A stretch of 64,000 nucleotides of DNA from the NCBI GenBank assembly GCA_965218795.1, contig OZ244653.1, forward strand, positions 4,160,001 to 4,224,000. The letters are read 5' to 3'. The notes under the pieces are model-generated. The model saw nothing but the letters and a program-made list of their open reading frames with translations. It searched no databases and was not told the DNA's origin. The translations under genes and the position numbers were made by a program. Below are positions 30,005-39,795 of this stretch, piece by piece. This DNA comes from a bacterium (lineage in GTDB: Bacteria > UBA8248 > JACPRG01 > G963555815). The first letter of the stretch is position 1. Every line of letters begins with the position of its first letter.

Positions 30005-31812
30005 AACTTTCCGAAATCCGAAATTTTTCAATCATCGCCCACATCGATCACGGGAAATCCACCCTGGCGGACCGTATGCTCGAGCTGACCCAGGCCGTAT
30101 CGGACCGCAAGATGAAGGATCAGGTGCTGGACTCCATGGACATTGAGCGGGAACGGGGGATCACGATCAAGGCTCAGACCGCCCGAATGACTTACCGTTC
30201 ATCGGACGGCAAGGAATACATCCTGAACCTCATCGATACGCCCGGGCACGTGGATTTCTCCTACGAGGTCTCCCGAAGCCTGGCGGCCTGCGAAGGCGTC
30301 CTGTTGGTGGTCGACGCCGCGCAGGGGATTCAGGCGCAGACGCTCGCCAACGCGTACCTGGCCCTGGGGGCGGACTTGGCCATTCTCCCCGTCCTGAACA
30401 AGATCGATCTGCCGACCGCCGACCCCGCCCGGGTGTCCCATCAGCTCATGGACCTCCTGGGCGTCGGGGAGGAAGACATACTGAAGGTCAGCGCCAAGGA
30501 GGGGGCTGGCGTCCCCGAGTTGCTGGAGGCCGTCCTGCACCGGATCCAGCCACCGGAGGGGAACCCCGCGGGACCGCTGAAGGCCCTGATCTTCGACTGC
30601 TGGTTCGACAGCTACCGGGGAGCCGTGGTCCTGGTTCGGGTGATCGACGGCGAGCTTCGCGAAGGGATGTACATCGAGATGATGGCCACCGGGCAGCGGT
30701 ATGAAGTCAACGAGGTGGGCGTCCTGACGCCGGAGCCCCTCCGCGCCGGCCGTTTGCGGGCGGGGGAGGTCGGTTACCTGATGGCCAGCATCAAGCGAAT
30801 CGGCGACATCAAGGTGGGCGATACGGTGACTGAAGTCGCCCGGCCGACGGTCACTCCATTCCCCGGCTACAAGGAGCCGAAGCCCATGGTGTTCTGCGGG
30901 CTGTATCCGGTGGAGGGGACCGAGTACGATTCCCTGAAGGCGGCCCTGGAAAAGCTTCATCTCAACGATACGGCCTTCACCTATGAGGCGGAGACCTCGG
31001 CGGCCCTGGGTTTCGGTTACCGGTGCGGCTTCCTGGGGCTCCTCCACATGGAGGTGATCCGGGAGCGCCTGGAGCGGGAGTATGACCTTACACTCCTGAC
31101 CACCTCCCCGACCGTCGCCTTCCGGGTCATCACGACCGACGGAGACGTGATCGAAGTCGACAACCCGAGTCGGCTTCCGCCCCCCGGGCGGATCGACCGC
31201 GTCGAGGAGCCCTACGTGCGGGGCTCCGTCGTGGTCCCCGCGGACTACCTCGGGGGGGTGATCAAGCTGTGCCAGGAGAAACGCGGTCTCCACAAGCGCC
31301 TGGAGTACCTGGATGAACAGCTCACCCTGCTGGAATATGAGCTTCCCCTGGCGGAGATCCTGTTCGATTTTTACGACCGGCTGAAGTCGGTCAGCCGGGG
31401 GTACGCCTCCTTCGACTACGAGCCCCTGGCCTCCCGCGCCTCCGACATGGTCAAGCTGGACATCCTGCTGAACGCCGAGCCGGTGGACGCCCTCTCGCTC
31501 ATCATCCAGAAGGACAAGGCGTATTTTCACGGCCGCGCCCTGGTCGAGAAGATGAAGGGGATCATTCCCCGCCAACTGTTCGAAGTCGTGATCCAGGCCG
31601 CCATCGGTACCCGGGTCATCTCGCGGGAAACGGTCAAACCGCTGAGAAAGCAGGTGACCGCCAAGTGCTACGGCGGCGACGTGACGCGGAAGCGGAAGCT
31701 GCTCGAGAAGCAGAAGGAAGGGAAGCGGCGGATGAAGCGGGTCGGGCGCGTGGAGATCCCCCAGGAGGCCTTTATGGCCGTCCTGAGCGTGACGCAGGGC
31801 GGATCGAACTAA
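30001..31812 (+). CDS. lepA: Elongation factor 4 (LepA)
   Basis: [43 protein letters not shown]. Confidence 0.98.
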   Translation: MKLSEIRNFSIIAHIDHGKSTLADRMLELTQAVSDRKMKDQVLDSMDIERERGITIKAQTARMTYRSSDGKEYILNLIDTPGHVDFSYEVSRSLAACEGVLLVVDAAQGIQAQTLANAYLALGADLAILPVLNKIDLPTADPARVSHQLMDLLGVGEEDILKVSAKEGAGVPELLEAVLHRIQPPEGNPAGPLKALIFDCWFDSYRGAVVLVRVIDGELREGMYIEMMATGQRYEVNEVGVLTPEPLRAGRLRAGEVGYLMASIKRIGDIKVGDTVTEVARPTVTPFPGYKEPKPMVFCGLYPVEGTEYDSLKAALEKLHLNDTAFTYEAETSAALGFGYRCGFLGLLHMEVIRERLEREYDLTLLTTSPTVAFRVITTDGDVIEVDNPSRLPPPGRIDRVEEPYVRGSVVVPADYLGGVIKLCQEKRGLHKRLEYLDEQLTLLEYELPLAEILFDFYDRLKSVSRGYASFDYEPLASRASDMVKLDILLNAEPVDALSLIIQKDKAYFHGRALVEKMKGIIPRQLFEVVIQAAIGTRVISRETVKPLRKQVTAKCYGGDVTRKRKLLEKQKEGKRRMKRVGRVEIPQEAFMAVLSVTQGGSN

Positions 31813-31970
31813 ACCGCGGGGCGAGTCCGGACCCGGGGCGACAGGTCAGGAGGAAAGTGGGGGTATAATCAACGGCTGGTACAATTCCGGTATGCATCCC
31901 TGATGTGAGAAGAATGACATTTGTTTCGTGCGGTCCCGCCCGATTGCGCCCTTGATTGATTGCTGAACGG

Positions 31971-32738
31971 ATGGCGAAGACGGAAGAAAAGGACGTCCTA
32001 GCCAAGTACGCCCGGCCGTCCGCGAAGGAAGAGGAAAAGGAGAAGAAGAAAAAGAAGGGCGTGGTCCGTGAATACACCGAGGCCATCCTGCTCGCCCTTC
32101 TCCTGGCGCTCTTTCTGCGTGCGTTTGTCGTCCAGGCCTTCAAGATACCTTCGGGCTCCATGAAGGAAACCCTCCAAATCGGCGATCACCTCCTGGTCAA
32201 CAAACTCCTCTACCGCACCTGGACGAAGAACGACCTCGCCGAGATGTTCGAGGTGGTCCCCATTCTGGGCGACTTCATCAAATTCCTGACCGACTTGCTG
32301 CCGTTCGATTACAACTTCAGGTTCAAGGAAGTGAACCGCGGCGACATCGTCGTCTTCAAGTTCCCCCGGGATGAGACCCGCGATTTCATCAAGCGGGTGA
32401 TCGGGATGCCGGGCGACGTGGTGGAGGTCCGTGGCAGAGAGGTCCTCATCAACGGCAGGACCATCGATGAGCCTTACGCCAAGTACGACGACGTGGGCGA
32501 GCAGGGGAACTTCGCCACCCGCGAGCGGTTCGGCCCGGTCCGTGTGCCGGATGGGCACGTCTTCATGTTCGGAGACAACCGGGACAATTCCCTCGACAGC
32601 CGGGCCTGGGGTTTTCTCGACACGGACAAGATCCGGGGGGAGGCGTTCATCCTCTATTGGTCCTGCATCAAGCCCGGCGTGTTGTGTCTGCTCCCGTCCA
32701 ATATCCGCTGGAACCGCTTCGGCAAGCTGCTGTTCTGA
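31971..32738 (+). CDS. lepB: Signal peptidase I
   Basis: IPSGSM (catalytic Ser), FIKRVIG (catalytic Lys), GDNRDNSLDSR; follows lepA. Confidence 0.95.
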   Translation: MAKTEEKDVLAKYARPSAKEEEKEKKKKKGVVREYTEAILLALLLALFLRAFVVQAFKIPSGSMKETLQIGDHLLVNKLLYRTWTKNDLAEMFEVVPILGDFIKFLTDLLPFDYNFRFKEVNRGDIVVFKFPRDETRDFIKRVIGMPGDVVEVRGREVLINGRTIDEPYAKYDDVGEQGNFATRERFGPVRVPDGHVFMFGDNRDNSLDSRAWGFLDTDKIRGEAFILYWSCIKPGVLCLLPSNIRWNRFGKLLF

Positions 32739-32779
32739 ATCAGCGGTGAAGGTAGAGACTCGCGCCGAACGATTGACGG

Positions 32780-33640
32780 TCACCCATTGGGTCCATCCTT
32801 CAAGTTTCTTCTGAAATGATCCGAAAGCCTCGCAAATTCCTCGAGGCTCAGCGTCTCCGCGCGGCGGGCCGGGTCGATCCCCGCCGCGGCCATCGTGTCC
32901 TGGATTCGGCCTTCCATTTCCTTCCCGAAATAAGACCGCAGATTATTGGACAAGGTCTTCCGCCGCTGGGCGAATGCAGCGCGGACGAGCCGCTCGAAGA
33001 AACCCGGGTCGTGGACCGGCGCCCTCGGCTCCTTCTGCGGAACCAGCCGGAGAACGGTTGAGGATACCTTGGGCGGCGGCGAGAACGCCCCGGGTTCCAC
33101 GTCGAATCCCCATTCCACCTCGCACCACAGCTGGACGGCCAGCGTGAGGGTGCCGTAATCCTTCGTTCCGGGCTGCGCGCTGATCCGGTCGGCCACCTCC
33201 TTCTGAATCATGACGACAAGGTCTCGGATCGCCTCCCGGCACTGAACCAGGTTCAGGAGGATGGCGGTGGCCGCGTAGTAGGGAAGATTCCCGATCACTC
33301 GAATGCGGGCGCCGCCGGGTTTCATTTCTGAGAGATTGGAGAAGTCGACGGCGAGGGCGTCCCCCTCGGCGATGGAGACGTGCGGCCGGTCGGCGAATTC
33401 CCGTTTCAGGTTCTCCGCAAGGCGGTCATCCAGCTCCAGCGCCGTCACGAGGCCCCCCGGTTCCACCCTCCGGGCCAGAGTTCGGGTCAGCTCCCCCCGT
33501 CCCGCGCCGATCTCCACTACGTGCTCCCCGGGCCGCGGATTGCAGAATTCGATGATCCGGTCCAGGACGAACGGGTCGCGGAGAAAATGCTGGCCCAGGC
33601 GGGCGCGCTTGCGCCTTTTTCGTACTGATTTGTGCGTCAT
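32780..33640 (-). CDS. rsmA: 16S rRNA m6(2)A dimethyltransferase
   Basis: LGQHFL, VEIGAGRG, GNLPY, RRKTL.N, RAETLS. Confidence 0.96.
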   Translation of the reverse strand: MTHKSVRKRRKRARLGQHFLRDPFVLDRIIEFCNPRPGEHVVEIGAGRGELTRTLARRVEPGGLVTALELDDRLAENLKREFADRPHVSIAEGDALAVDFSNLSEMKPGGARIRVIGNLPYYAATAILLNLVQCREAIRDLVVMIQKEVADRISAQPGTKDYGTLTLAVQLWCEVEWGFDVEPGAFSPPPKVSSTVLRLVPQKEPRAPVHDPGFFERLVRAAFAQRRKTLSNNLRSYFGKEMEGRIQDTMAAAGIDPARRAETLSLEEFARLSDHFRRNLKDGPNG

Positions 33641-33661
33641 CTCGATGTCCCGGAGGTCTTG

Positions 33662-34666
33662 TTACCGCTGGTTCCGTCTCGTCAAATGGGCCGCCAGCCG
33701 AATGGCCGCAATCACGCCGGAGGGGTCGGCCCGGCCCCGCCCCGCGATATCGAAAGCCGTCCCGTGGTCGGGAGAGGTCCGGATGAACGGCAGCCCCAGC
33801 GTGACGTTGACCGCGGTCCCGCGCCCGAGCAGCTTGGCCGCGATCAAACCCTGGTCGTGGTACATGGCGACGATGCCGTCCCAGTCTCCGGCCTTTCGCG
33901 CAAACAGGGCATCGGCGGGGAAGGGGCCCTCGGCGTGAATTCCTTCCCGGACCGCGTCCCGAACGGCCGGGGCGACGGCGCGGGTCTCCTCCGTCCCAAG
34001 CCTTCCGCCTTCACCGGCATGAGGGTTCAGACCCGTCACGGCGATCCGGGGCGCTCGCTTCCCTTCGCCGTCACGGAGCCAGCGGTCGAGCACGCGAAGT
34101 GTCCGGAGGACGGCTTTCCGTCCGATGGCCCCCGGCACCTCGTCCAAGGGCAGATGCGTCGTGACCAGCGCCACGCGCAGCCGTCCGGCAAAGAAGGTCA
34201 TGGCCACGTCCCGCGTCCGGGTCAGCGTGGCGAGGGCTTCGGTATGTCCGGCGTGTGCGATCCCGGCCGCATGCCAGGCCTTTTTCGAGATCGGGGCGGT
34301 AACCAAGGCGTCGGCCCCGCCGGATTCCACGAGCCGGACGGCGGCTTCAACGCAGTCGTAAGAGAAGCGTCCCGTCGTGGCTGAGATTTTCCCCCAGCGA
34401 ACGCCCTTCAGAGCCGCACCCTCGACATCCTTGATTTCCAGACGCTTCAGAACGGTTTCGGCGCCGCGTCTGTGCTGTTTCCCCAGAGTGTCTGCCGTGC
34501 GCTCGAAAACCTTGCGGCTCCCGACAAGGACGAGCCGGCACAACCTCGCCAAACCGGGGTCGGCTGCGGCCCGAAGGATGATTTCCGGTCCGATGCCGGA
34601 CGGGTCGCCCGGGGTCAGAGTCACCCTGGGAAGGGAAGATGCGCGGGGACGGGGGGTCATGATCAT
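33662..34666 (-). CDS. pdxA: 4-hydroxythreonine-4-phosphate dehydrogenase
   Basis: GDPSGIGPE, GHTE, GLNPHAGE, MYHDQG, RTSPDHGTAFDIAG. Confidence 0.96.
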   Translation of the reverse strand: MIMTPRPRASSLPRVTLTPGDPSGIGPEIILRAAADPGLARLCRLVLVGSRKVFERTADTLGKQHRRGAETVLKRLEIKDVEGAALKGVRWGKISATTGRFSYDCVEAAVRLVESGGADALVTAPISKKAWHAAGIAHAGHTEALATLTRTRDVAMTFFAGRLRVALVTTHLPLDEVPGAIGRKAVLRTLRVLDRWLRDGEGKRAPRIAVTGLNPHAGEGGRLGTEETRAVAPAVRDAVREGIHAEGPFPADALFARKAGDWDGIVAMYHDQGLIAAKLLGRGTAVNVTLGLPFIRTSPDHGTAFDIAGRGRADPSGVIAAIRLAAHLTRRNQR

Positions 34667-34845
34667 CCAATCTCTGTGTTGCGCTGAGCAGATCTTAGCA
34701 CGGACGCCCCTCGCTGCGGATGGCTTGCCGGTCGGGGACTGATATTGTGCTATCCTCTAATAAGCAGATTGACTGTTTTCTGACAGAAGGCGATAGAAAT
34801 GTTGCGCGTCTCCCACCTTTTTGAAAGTCAGACCGGAGGAATGAG

Positions 34846-35460
34846 ATGAGCCTTCTTCGGGAAGAGCCGGTTCCCGCCCGCGAGGGACGGGCGTGGGTCG
34901 TGAAGCGCGGTCAACGAATACGGTTCGTCGACGTCGATGGCGGTCAGATTGGCGACCTTGTGGTATTCAATGCGGACAACATCCGGGAACGCTTCAACCA
35001 ATCCCGCACGAGGTCCAATCAGGGAAAATTTCTGATCTCCACGGGGGATCACCTGTACTCCAAATTCAACAATATCATGCTGACCATCGTCGAGGACACT
35101 TACGGCACTCACGATTTGCAGTACGGGATGTGCAGCCGTTTCGTCTATCAGCGGGCAAAGCACAGCCTAGCCGAGGGTTTCCCGATCGGGGGGCCGCTCG
35201 GCCGGCCCGAGGTCGGCTGCTGGGAGATCCTCACCGAAACCATGAAGCCCTGGGACGTCCCGGCGGAGGACGTGCCCGATCCCCTGAACCTGTTCCAGAC
35301 GTTGGACTTTGATTTCGAAAACGGCCGTTTTGCTCTGGCGGAAGGCCGCAGCAAGCCGGGGGACTATGTCGACATGGTGGCCGAGATGGATGTGATCGCG
35401 GCGCTCAGCGCGTGCCCGGTAACGGGCCATCCGCTCCGGGTGGAGATTTACGAGATCTAG
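34846..35460 (+). CDS. DUF1989 (urea carboxylase-associated family) protein
   Basis: GGQIGDL, HDLQYGMCS, GC, PLNLF, SKPGDYV..AEMD...ALSACP. Confidence 0.85.
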   Translation: MSLLREEPVPAREGRAWVVKRGQRIRFVDVDGGQIGDLVVFNADNIRERFNQSRTRSNQGKFLISTGDHLYSKFNNIMLTIVEDTYGTHDLQYGMCSRFVYQRAKHSLAEGFPIGGPLGRPEVGCWEILTETMKPWDVPAEDVPDPLNLFQTLDFDFENGRFALAEGRSKPGDYVDMVAEMDVIAALSACPVTGHPLRVEIYEI

Positions 35461-35462
35461 GA

Positions 35463-35707
35463 AGGCTGCGGAAAAACGGTTTCGAGGGCCGTGATGACGC
35501 TCCCCGTGTCATCCTGAGGGAGAGGTCAATGACCCAAGGTCACCGACCCGCGCGAGGAATCTTCTTCAAATCAGGGAGCTTTTTATCAACCCGTTCAAAA
35601 ACAACAAGTTTTGCGCTTGAGCGAATTCCCCGCTGCGCTCGGAATGACAATTCGCGAGGTTCTCATTCCGGTCAAAACGCCGGGCCGGCGGAGTTTTTCC
35701 GCAGCCT
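35463..35707. mobile_element. MITE-like element with 15-bp terminal inverted repeats and an internal REP-like pair
   Basis: aggctgcggaaaaac (35463-35477) and gtttttccgcagcct (35693-35707); internal tgtcatcctgagg ... cgctcggaatgaca. Confidence 0.7.
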
Positions 35708-35753
35708 GCTCGGGGCAGGCGGGGCTTGGACGTGAAACGTCGCCGTCGAATGG

Positions 35754-37058
35754 ATGACGACGCGGGATGAGAATTTCGTGAAGCTTACGGTCAATCGTTT
35801 TCCGGTGGATCGAATCGGGGAATCGCAGAATACGGAGTTGGACGGACGCACCCTCGGGATTGATCCGGCCGCGTTGCAAACCCTTCTCCTCCAGGACGAG
35901 CGCATCCGGGGGGTGTCGGTCGATCTCGTCCACCCTGGGGATTCCTGCCGCGTCATCAACATCCTGGACATCTTCGAGCCCCGGATCAAAGTTGACGGCG
36001 CGGGTGCAACGTTTCCCGGGACCTTTCCGGGCATCCTGGGCGATGCGAGCCTCGTCGGGAGCGGCGAGACGAATGTTCTGGAAGGCGCATCCGTCGTCGT
36101 TTGCGGTCCGTTGGACGGGGCCGAGGACGCCTTGCTCGATATGAGCGGGCCGTGCGCGGAACTCAGTCATTTCTCCGCGATCGAGAACGTGGCCGTCACC
36201 CTCCAGCCGGCCGAGGGGCTTCCCCGGGCCGAATTCTCCAAGGCGGCCGTCCAGGCGGGCGTCCGGGCCGCCCACCACCTCGCGGGGGCGACCGAAGGGA
36301 AGTCCGGGGAATCATCGGAAGTGTTTGACCTGCCGCCGGCCCTTCAGGGGGGCGGTGATCCAGGGGCGCTCCCCCGCGTCGGATACGTCTACTTCCTGTA
36401 TTCCCACGGCGATCTGCGGGACATGCTCGTCTACGGCAGAGACACCCGCGATCTGTACCCGACGCTGATCCATCCCAACGAGGTCATGGACGGCGCCGTC
36501 GTGTGGGAGGGCTTCAGCCGCCCGACCATGAACATGACGTATGACCAGCTCAACAACGGTGTCATCCGCTCCCTGTACGACGCGCACGGCAAGACCTTGA
36601 CCTATACCGCCACCATCATCGCCAACCACCACAAACTCTTTGCGGAAAAGGCTCTCCACGCAGAGCAGATCGCGTCCCTGGCGGGGGACGTCCTGGGCGT
36701 CGACGGTGTCGTCATTACGAAGGACGGCGGGGGCCAGGCGGACACCGACCTGATGCTGACCTGCGAGCGGTGCGAGGAGCGCGGCATCCAGACCGTCATC
36801 CTGGCGATGGAGTTCGCGGGCGTCGGCGGATCCTCGGAGGGTTCGCTGGCGGATACGAGTCCGAGGGCCGATGCTATCGTGGCCGTCGGGAACTGCGCGG
36901 AGATGATCGCGCTCCCCGCGATGGAGCGGGTCGTGGGGGGGAAGCGGCTCAAGGATTACGACCGAGACCCCCGGGAGGGGATCGAGGTCCCCTACAACAA
37001 AATGCCCGGCCCCATCAGCTTTTTCGGGGACAATTGCCTGCGCGCCCAGGCCTACTAG
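35754..37058 (+). CDS. Glycine/sarcosine/betaine reductase component B, GrdE/GrdI-like subunit
   Basis: DIFEPRIK, GETNVLEG, LPRVGYVY, PTLIHPNEVMDGA, TY...NN, DLMLTC, DAIVAVGN; alternative GTG start at 35778. Confidence 0.88.
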   Translation: MTTRDENFVKLTVNRFPVDRIGESQNTELDGRTLGIDPAALQTLLLQDERIRGVSVDLVHPGDSCRVINILDIFEPRIKVDGAGATFPGTFPGILGDASLVGSGETNVLEGASVVVCGPLDGAEDALLDMSGPCAELSHFSAIENVAVTLQPAEGLPRAEFSKAAVQAGVRAAHHLAGATEGKSGESSEVFDLPPALQGGGDPGALPRVGYVYFLYSHGDLRDMLVYGRDTRDLYPTLIHPNEVMDGAVVWEGFSRPTMNMTYDQLNNGVIRSLYDAHGKTLTYTATIIANHHKLFAEKALHAEQIASLAGDVLGVDGVVITKDGGGQADTDLMLTCERCEERGIQTVILAMEFAGVGGSSEGSLADTSPRADAIVAVGNCAEMIALPAMERVVGGKRLKDYDRDPREGIEVPYNKMPGPISFFGDNCLRAQAY

Positions 37059-37074
37059 AACGGGAGAATTCATC

Positions 37075-38376
37075 ATGTCCCGCGCACGGGTCGTCCATTA
37101 CGTGAATCAATTCTTCGCCGGCGTCGGCGGCGAGAGCGAGGCCTCCACTGAGCCGTTCTTTGTGGAAGGCCCCGCCGGTCCCGGCAAGCCGCTGGACGCG
37201 ACCCTGGGGGATCAGGCGGACATCGTTCTCACCGCGGCCTGCGGAGACGATTGTTTCGCCGAGCAAAATGAGAAGGCCGTCGCCGTCCTCGTGGACCGCA
37301 TTCGCGACGCCCGCCCCGATCTGTTTTTTTCCGGACCCGCCTTCAACTCCGGGCGGTACGGATACGCCTGCGGCGTGCTGGGCCAACGCGTCGGGCAGGA
37401 ATTGAGCATCCCGGTCGTGTCGGGAATGGCGCCGGAAAATCCCGGTCTGGAGTACCGGAGAGGGGCCTATATCGTCCGGACGGCGGACAACGTCCGGGGG
37501 ATGAAGGACGCCATCGAAGCGATGGCCCGGCTGGGCCTCATGCTCCTGCGCGGGCAAGAACCGGGGGCTTCGGAGGACGAGGGATACTTTCCGCGGGGCT
37601 ACCGGAAGAACGTCCGGGTGGAGCGAAAGGGAACGGAGCGGGCCCTCTCGATGCTGCTGGCCAAGATCCGGGGAGAGGCCTTCGAGACCGAGTTGGTCAT
37701 GCCGAGGTTCGACCGCGTGGCGCCGGCGCCCCCGGTCGGCGACCCGGCGAAGGCGACGATCGCCCTGGTGACAACCGGCGGTCTGGTGCCCAAGGGCAAC
37801 CCCGACCGGCTGCAATCCACCATGGCGACCCGCTTCGGCCGGTACGCGGTCGATGGGGTCGAGGACCTGTCCCCCGCCGATTTCGAGGGGAATCACGGCG
37901 GGTATTCGACGGCCTACGTCAATGAGGATCCCGATCGGCTGGTACCCCTGGACGTCCTGCGGGATCTGGAGCGGGAAGGGCGGGTCGGAAAAGTCCACGA
38001 AGTCTTCTTCACGACGGCGGGTTGCAGCACGTATTACGAAGCCGGGGCCCGGATCGGAGCGGAGATCGCCCGGGAGCTCGAGGAATCCGACGTGGATGCC
38101 GCGCTGATCACCGCGACGTGAGGCACGTGCACCCGCTGCGGGTCAGCGGTCGCAAAAGAGATTGAGAGGGCGGGACTGCCCGCGGCCCTCATCGCCACGC
38201 TCAGCTCCATCGCGCGGAACACAGGGGCCAACCGAATCGTCACCGGGGCGGGCATCCCTCACGTGGTCGGCCATCCGGATCTGGACCCGGCGGAGGAGAA
38301 GGCGTTCCGGCGGAAGGTCGTGGAGCGGGCGATCCAGGCGATCTCTACGGAGGTCGGCGACCAACAGGTTTTCTGA
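37075..38376 (+). CDS. grdB: Glycine/betaine/sarcosine reductase selenoprotein B (GrdB-like); UGA at 38119-38121 read as selenocysteine
   Basis: VVHYVNQFFAG, GPAFNSGRYG, ALVTTGGLVPKGNPD, HGGY; in-frame TGA within T-A-T-U-G-T-C-T-R-C-G; frame continues KEIERAGLP...GANRIV...IPH to a stop at 38376 (433 aa). Confidence 0.9.
38128..38154 (+). promoter_or_regulatory. Candidate bacterial SECIS hairpin
   Basis: tgcac-CCGCTG-cgggt-CAGCGG-tcgca; G-containing loop starts about 18 nt after the UGA. Confidence 0.7.
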
Positions 38377-38400
38377 TCGATCCATACGAAGGGAAAATGG

Positions 38401-39795
38401 GTGAAGGCTGATCTCGTGCTCAAGGGCGGGACGCTCGTCATCCCGGGACAGGGACTCGTCCGGGCCGGTGTGGCGGTTCGGGCGGGGACGATCACCGCAG
38501 TGGCCAAGGAAGCCGCGCTGCCGTCCGCGTCCCGGGTGATTGACGCAAAGGGCCGATTTGTGCTTCCCGGCATCATTGACCCCCATGTCCACTTCGGCCT
38601 GATCAGCGACCTGGGCGAGGATGTCCGGACCGAGACCCGGTCCGCTCTGGCGGGAGGGGTCACGACGGTCGGGGCCTTCATTCGCGAGCCGGAATCCCAC
38701 CTGGAGAGCTTCGACCGGCGGACCCGGATCTTCGAAAGCAACAGCTCGGCCGACATCTTTCCTCATTTCGAGATTGTCTCGGAGGCGCAGGCTCTCGAAA
38801 TTTCCGGGTGCGCGAAGCGGTTCGGCGTCACTTCGTACAAGATGTTCATGTCCGGGATCCCGATCAAAGGCTCGTCCGTCCCGGTGGATGACGGCGTGCT
38901 CCTTGAGTCCTTCCGGCAAATCGCCCGTCTCGGGGCGTCGGGCATCGCCCTCGTCCACGCTGAAAATCCGGATATCGTCATCCACGCCCGGGCGCGCATG
39001 GGGCAACTGAAACCCCGCGGCAATCTGAGGGACTGGGCCGACTGCCATCCGAATCTGGTGGAGGAGGAGGCGGTGCTCCGATCCGTCTATCTGGCGGAGC
39101 AGGCCGGCTGCCGGATCTATATCGTTCACGTCTCGACGGCGGAGGCTCTGGACCGGCTTCGCGCGCTCCGGAAGGACAACCCGGCGTTGTTCGTCGAAAC
39201 GTGCTCGCCCTACCTCACCCTGACGAAACATTCCAAAATGGGCCTTCTGGCCAAGCTCATCCCGCCCCTCCGCGGCCGGGAGGATCTGGAAACTTTGTGG
39301 CGGGGGATGGAAGAGGACGTCGTTGATTCGTTGGGAACGGACAACATTTTTCGCACACGGGCGTACAAGCAGCCGGAGGCCGGGCTCATCGGCGCGAAAG
39401 GCGCCGCGACGTTCCTCGGGGTTCACCTGCCCGTGATGCTCGATGAAGGAGTCCACCGCCGGAGGTTCCCCCTCGAACGGCTGGTCGACAAGATGACGCG
39501 CCAGCCCGCCCGCATCTTCGGTTTGTATCCGAAAAAAGGAACCATCTCTCCCGGCTCGGACGCCGATCTGGTCGTCGTGGACCTGGAGAAGGTGAGAACC
39601 GTCCGCCCCTCCGAGCTTCATACCCGGGCGGACTTCTCTTTATATGAGGGAAAGCGAATCCGAGGCTGGCCGGTGATGACGATCAAGGGCGGAGCCGTGG
39701 CCGTTGAGAACAACGAGATCCTGATCGATCCGGGCTGCGGTAAGGTGTTGAGACGGTCCCTCAAGACGGTCGGAGGACGGAGGATGTCTCGTTGA
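38401..39795 (+). CDS. Cyclic amidohydrolase (dihydropyrimidinase/allantoinase/dihydroorotase family)
   Basis: LPGIIDPHVH, ALAGGVTT, YKMFM, VHAEN, IVHVST, PPLR, GTD, GSDADLV. Confidence 0.9.
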   Translation: MKADLVLKGGTLVIPGQGLVRAGVAVRAGTITAVAKEAALPSASRVIDAKGRFVLPGIIDPHVHFGLISDLGEDVRTETRSALAGGVTTVGAFIREPESHLESFDRRTRIFESNSSADIFPHFEIVSEAQALEISGCAKRFGVTSYKMFMSGIPIKGSSVPVDDGVLLESFRQIARLGASGIALVHAENPDIVIHARARMGQLKPRGNLRDWADCHPNLVEEEAVLRSVYLAEQAGCRIYIVHVSTAEALDRLRALRKDNPALFVETCSPYLTLTKHSKMGLLAKLIPPLRGREDLETLWRGMEEDVVDSLGTDNIFRTRAYKQPEAGLIGAKGAATFLGVHLPVMLDEGVHRRRFPLERLVDKMTRQPARIFGLYPKKGTISPGSDADLVVVDLEKVRTVRPSELHTRADFSLYEGKRIRGWPVMTIKGGAVAVENNEILIDPGCGKVLRRSLKTVGGRRMSR

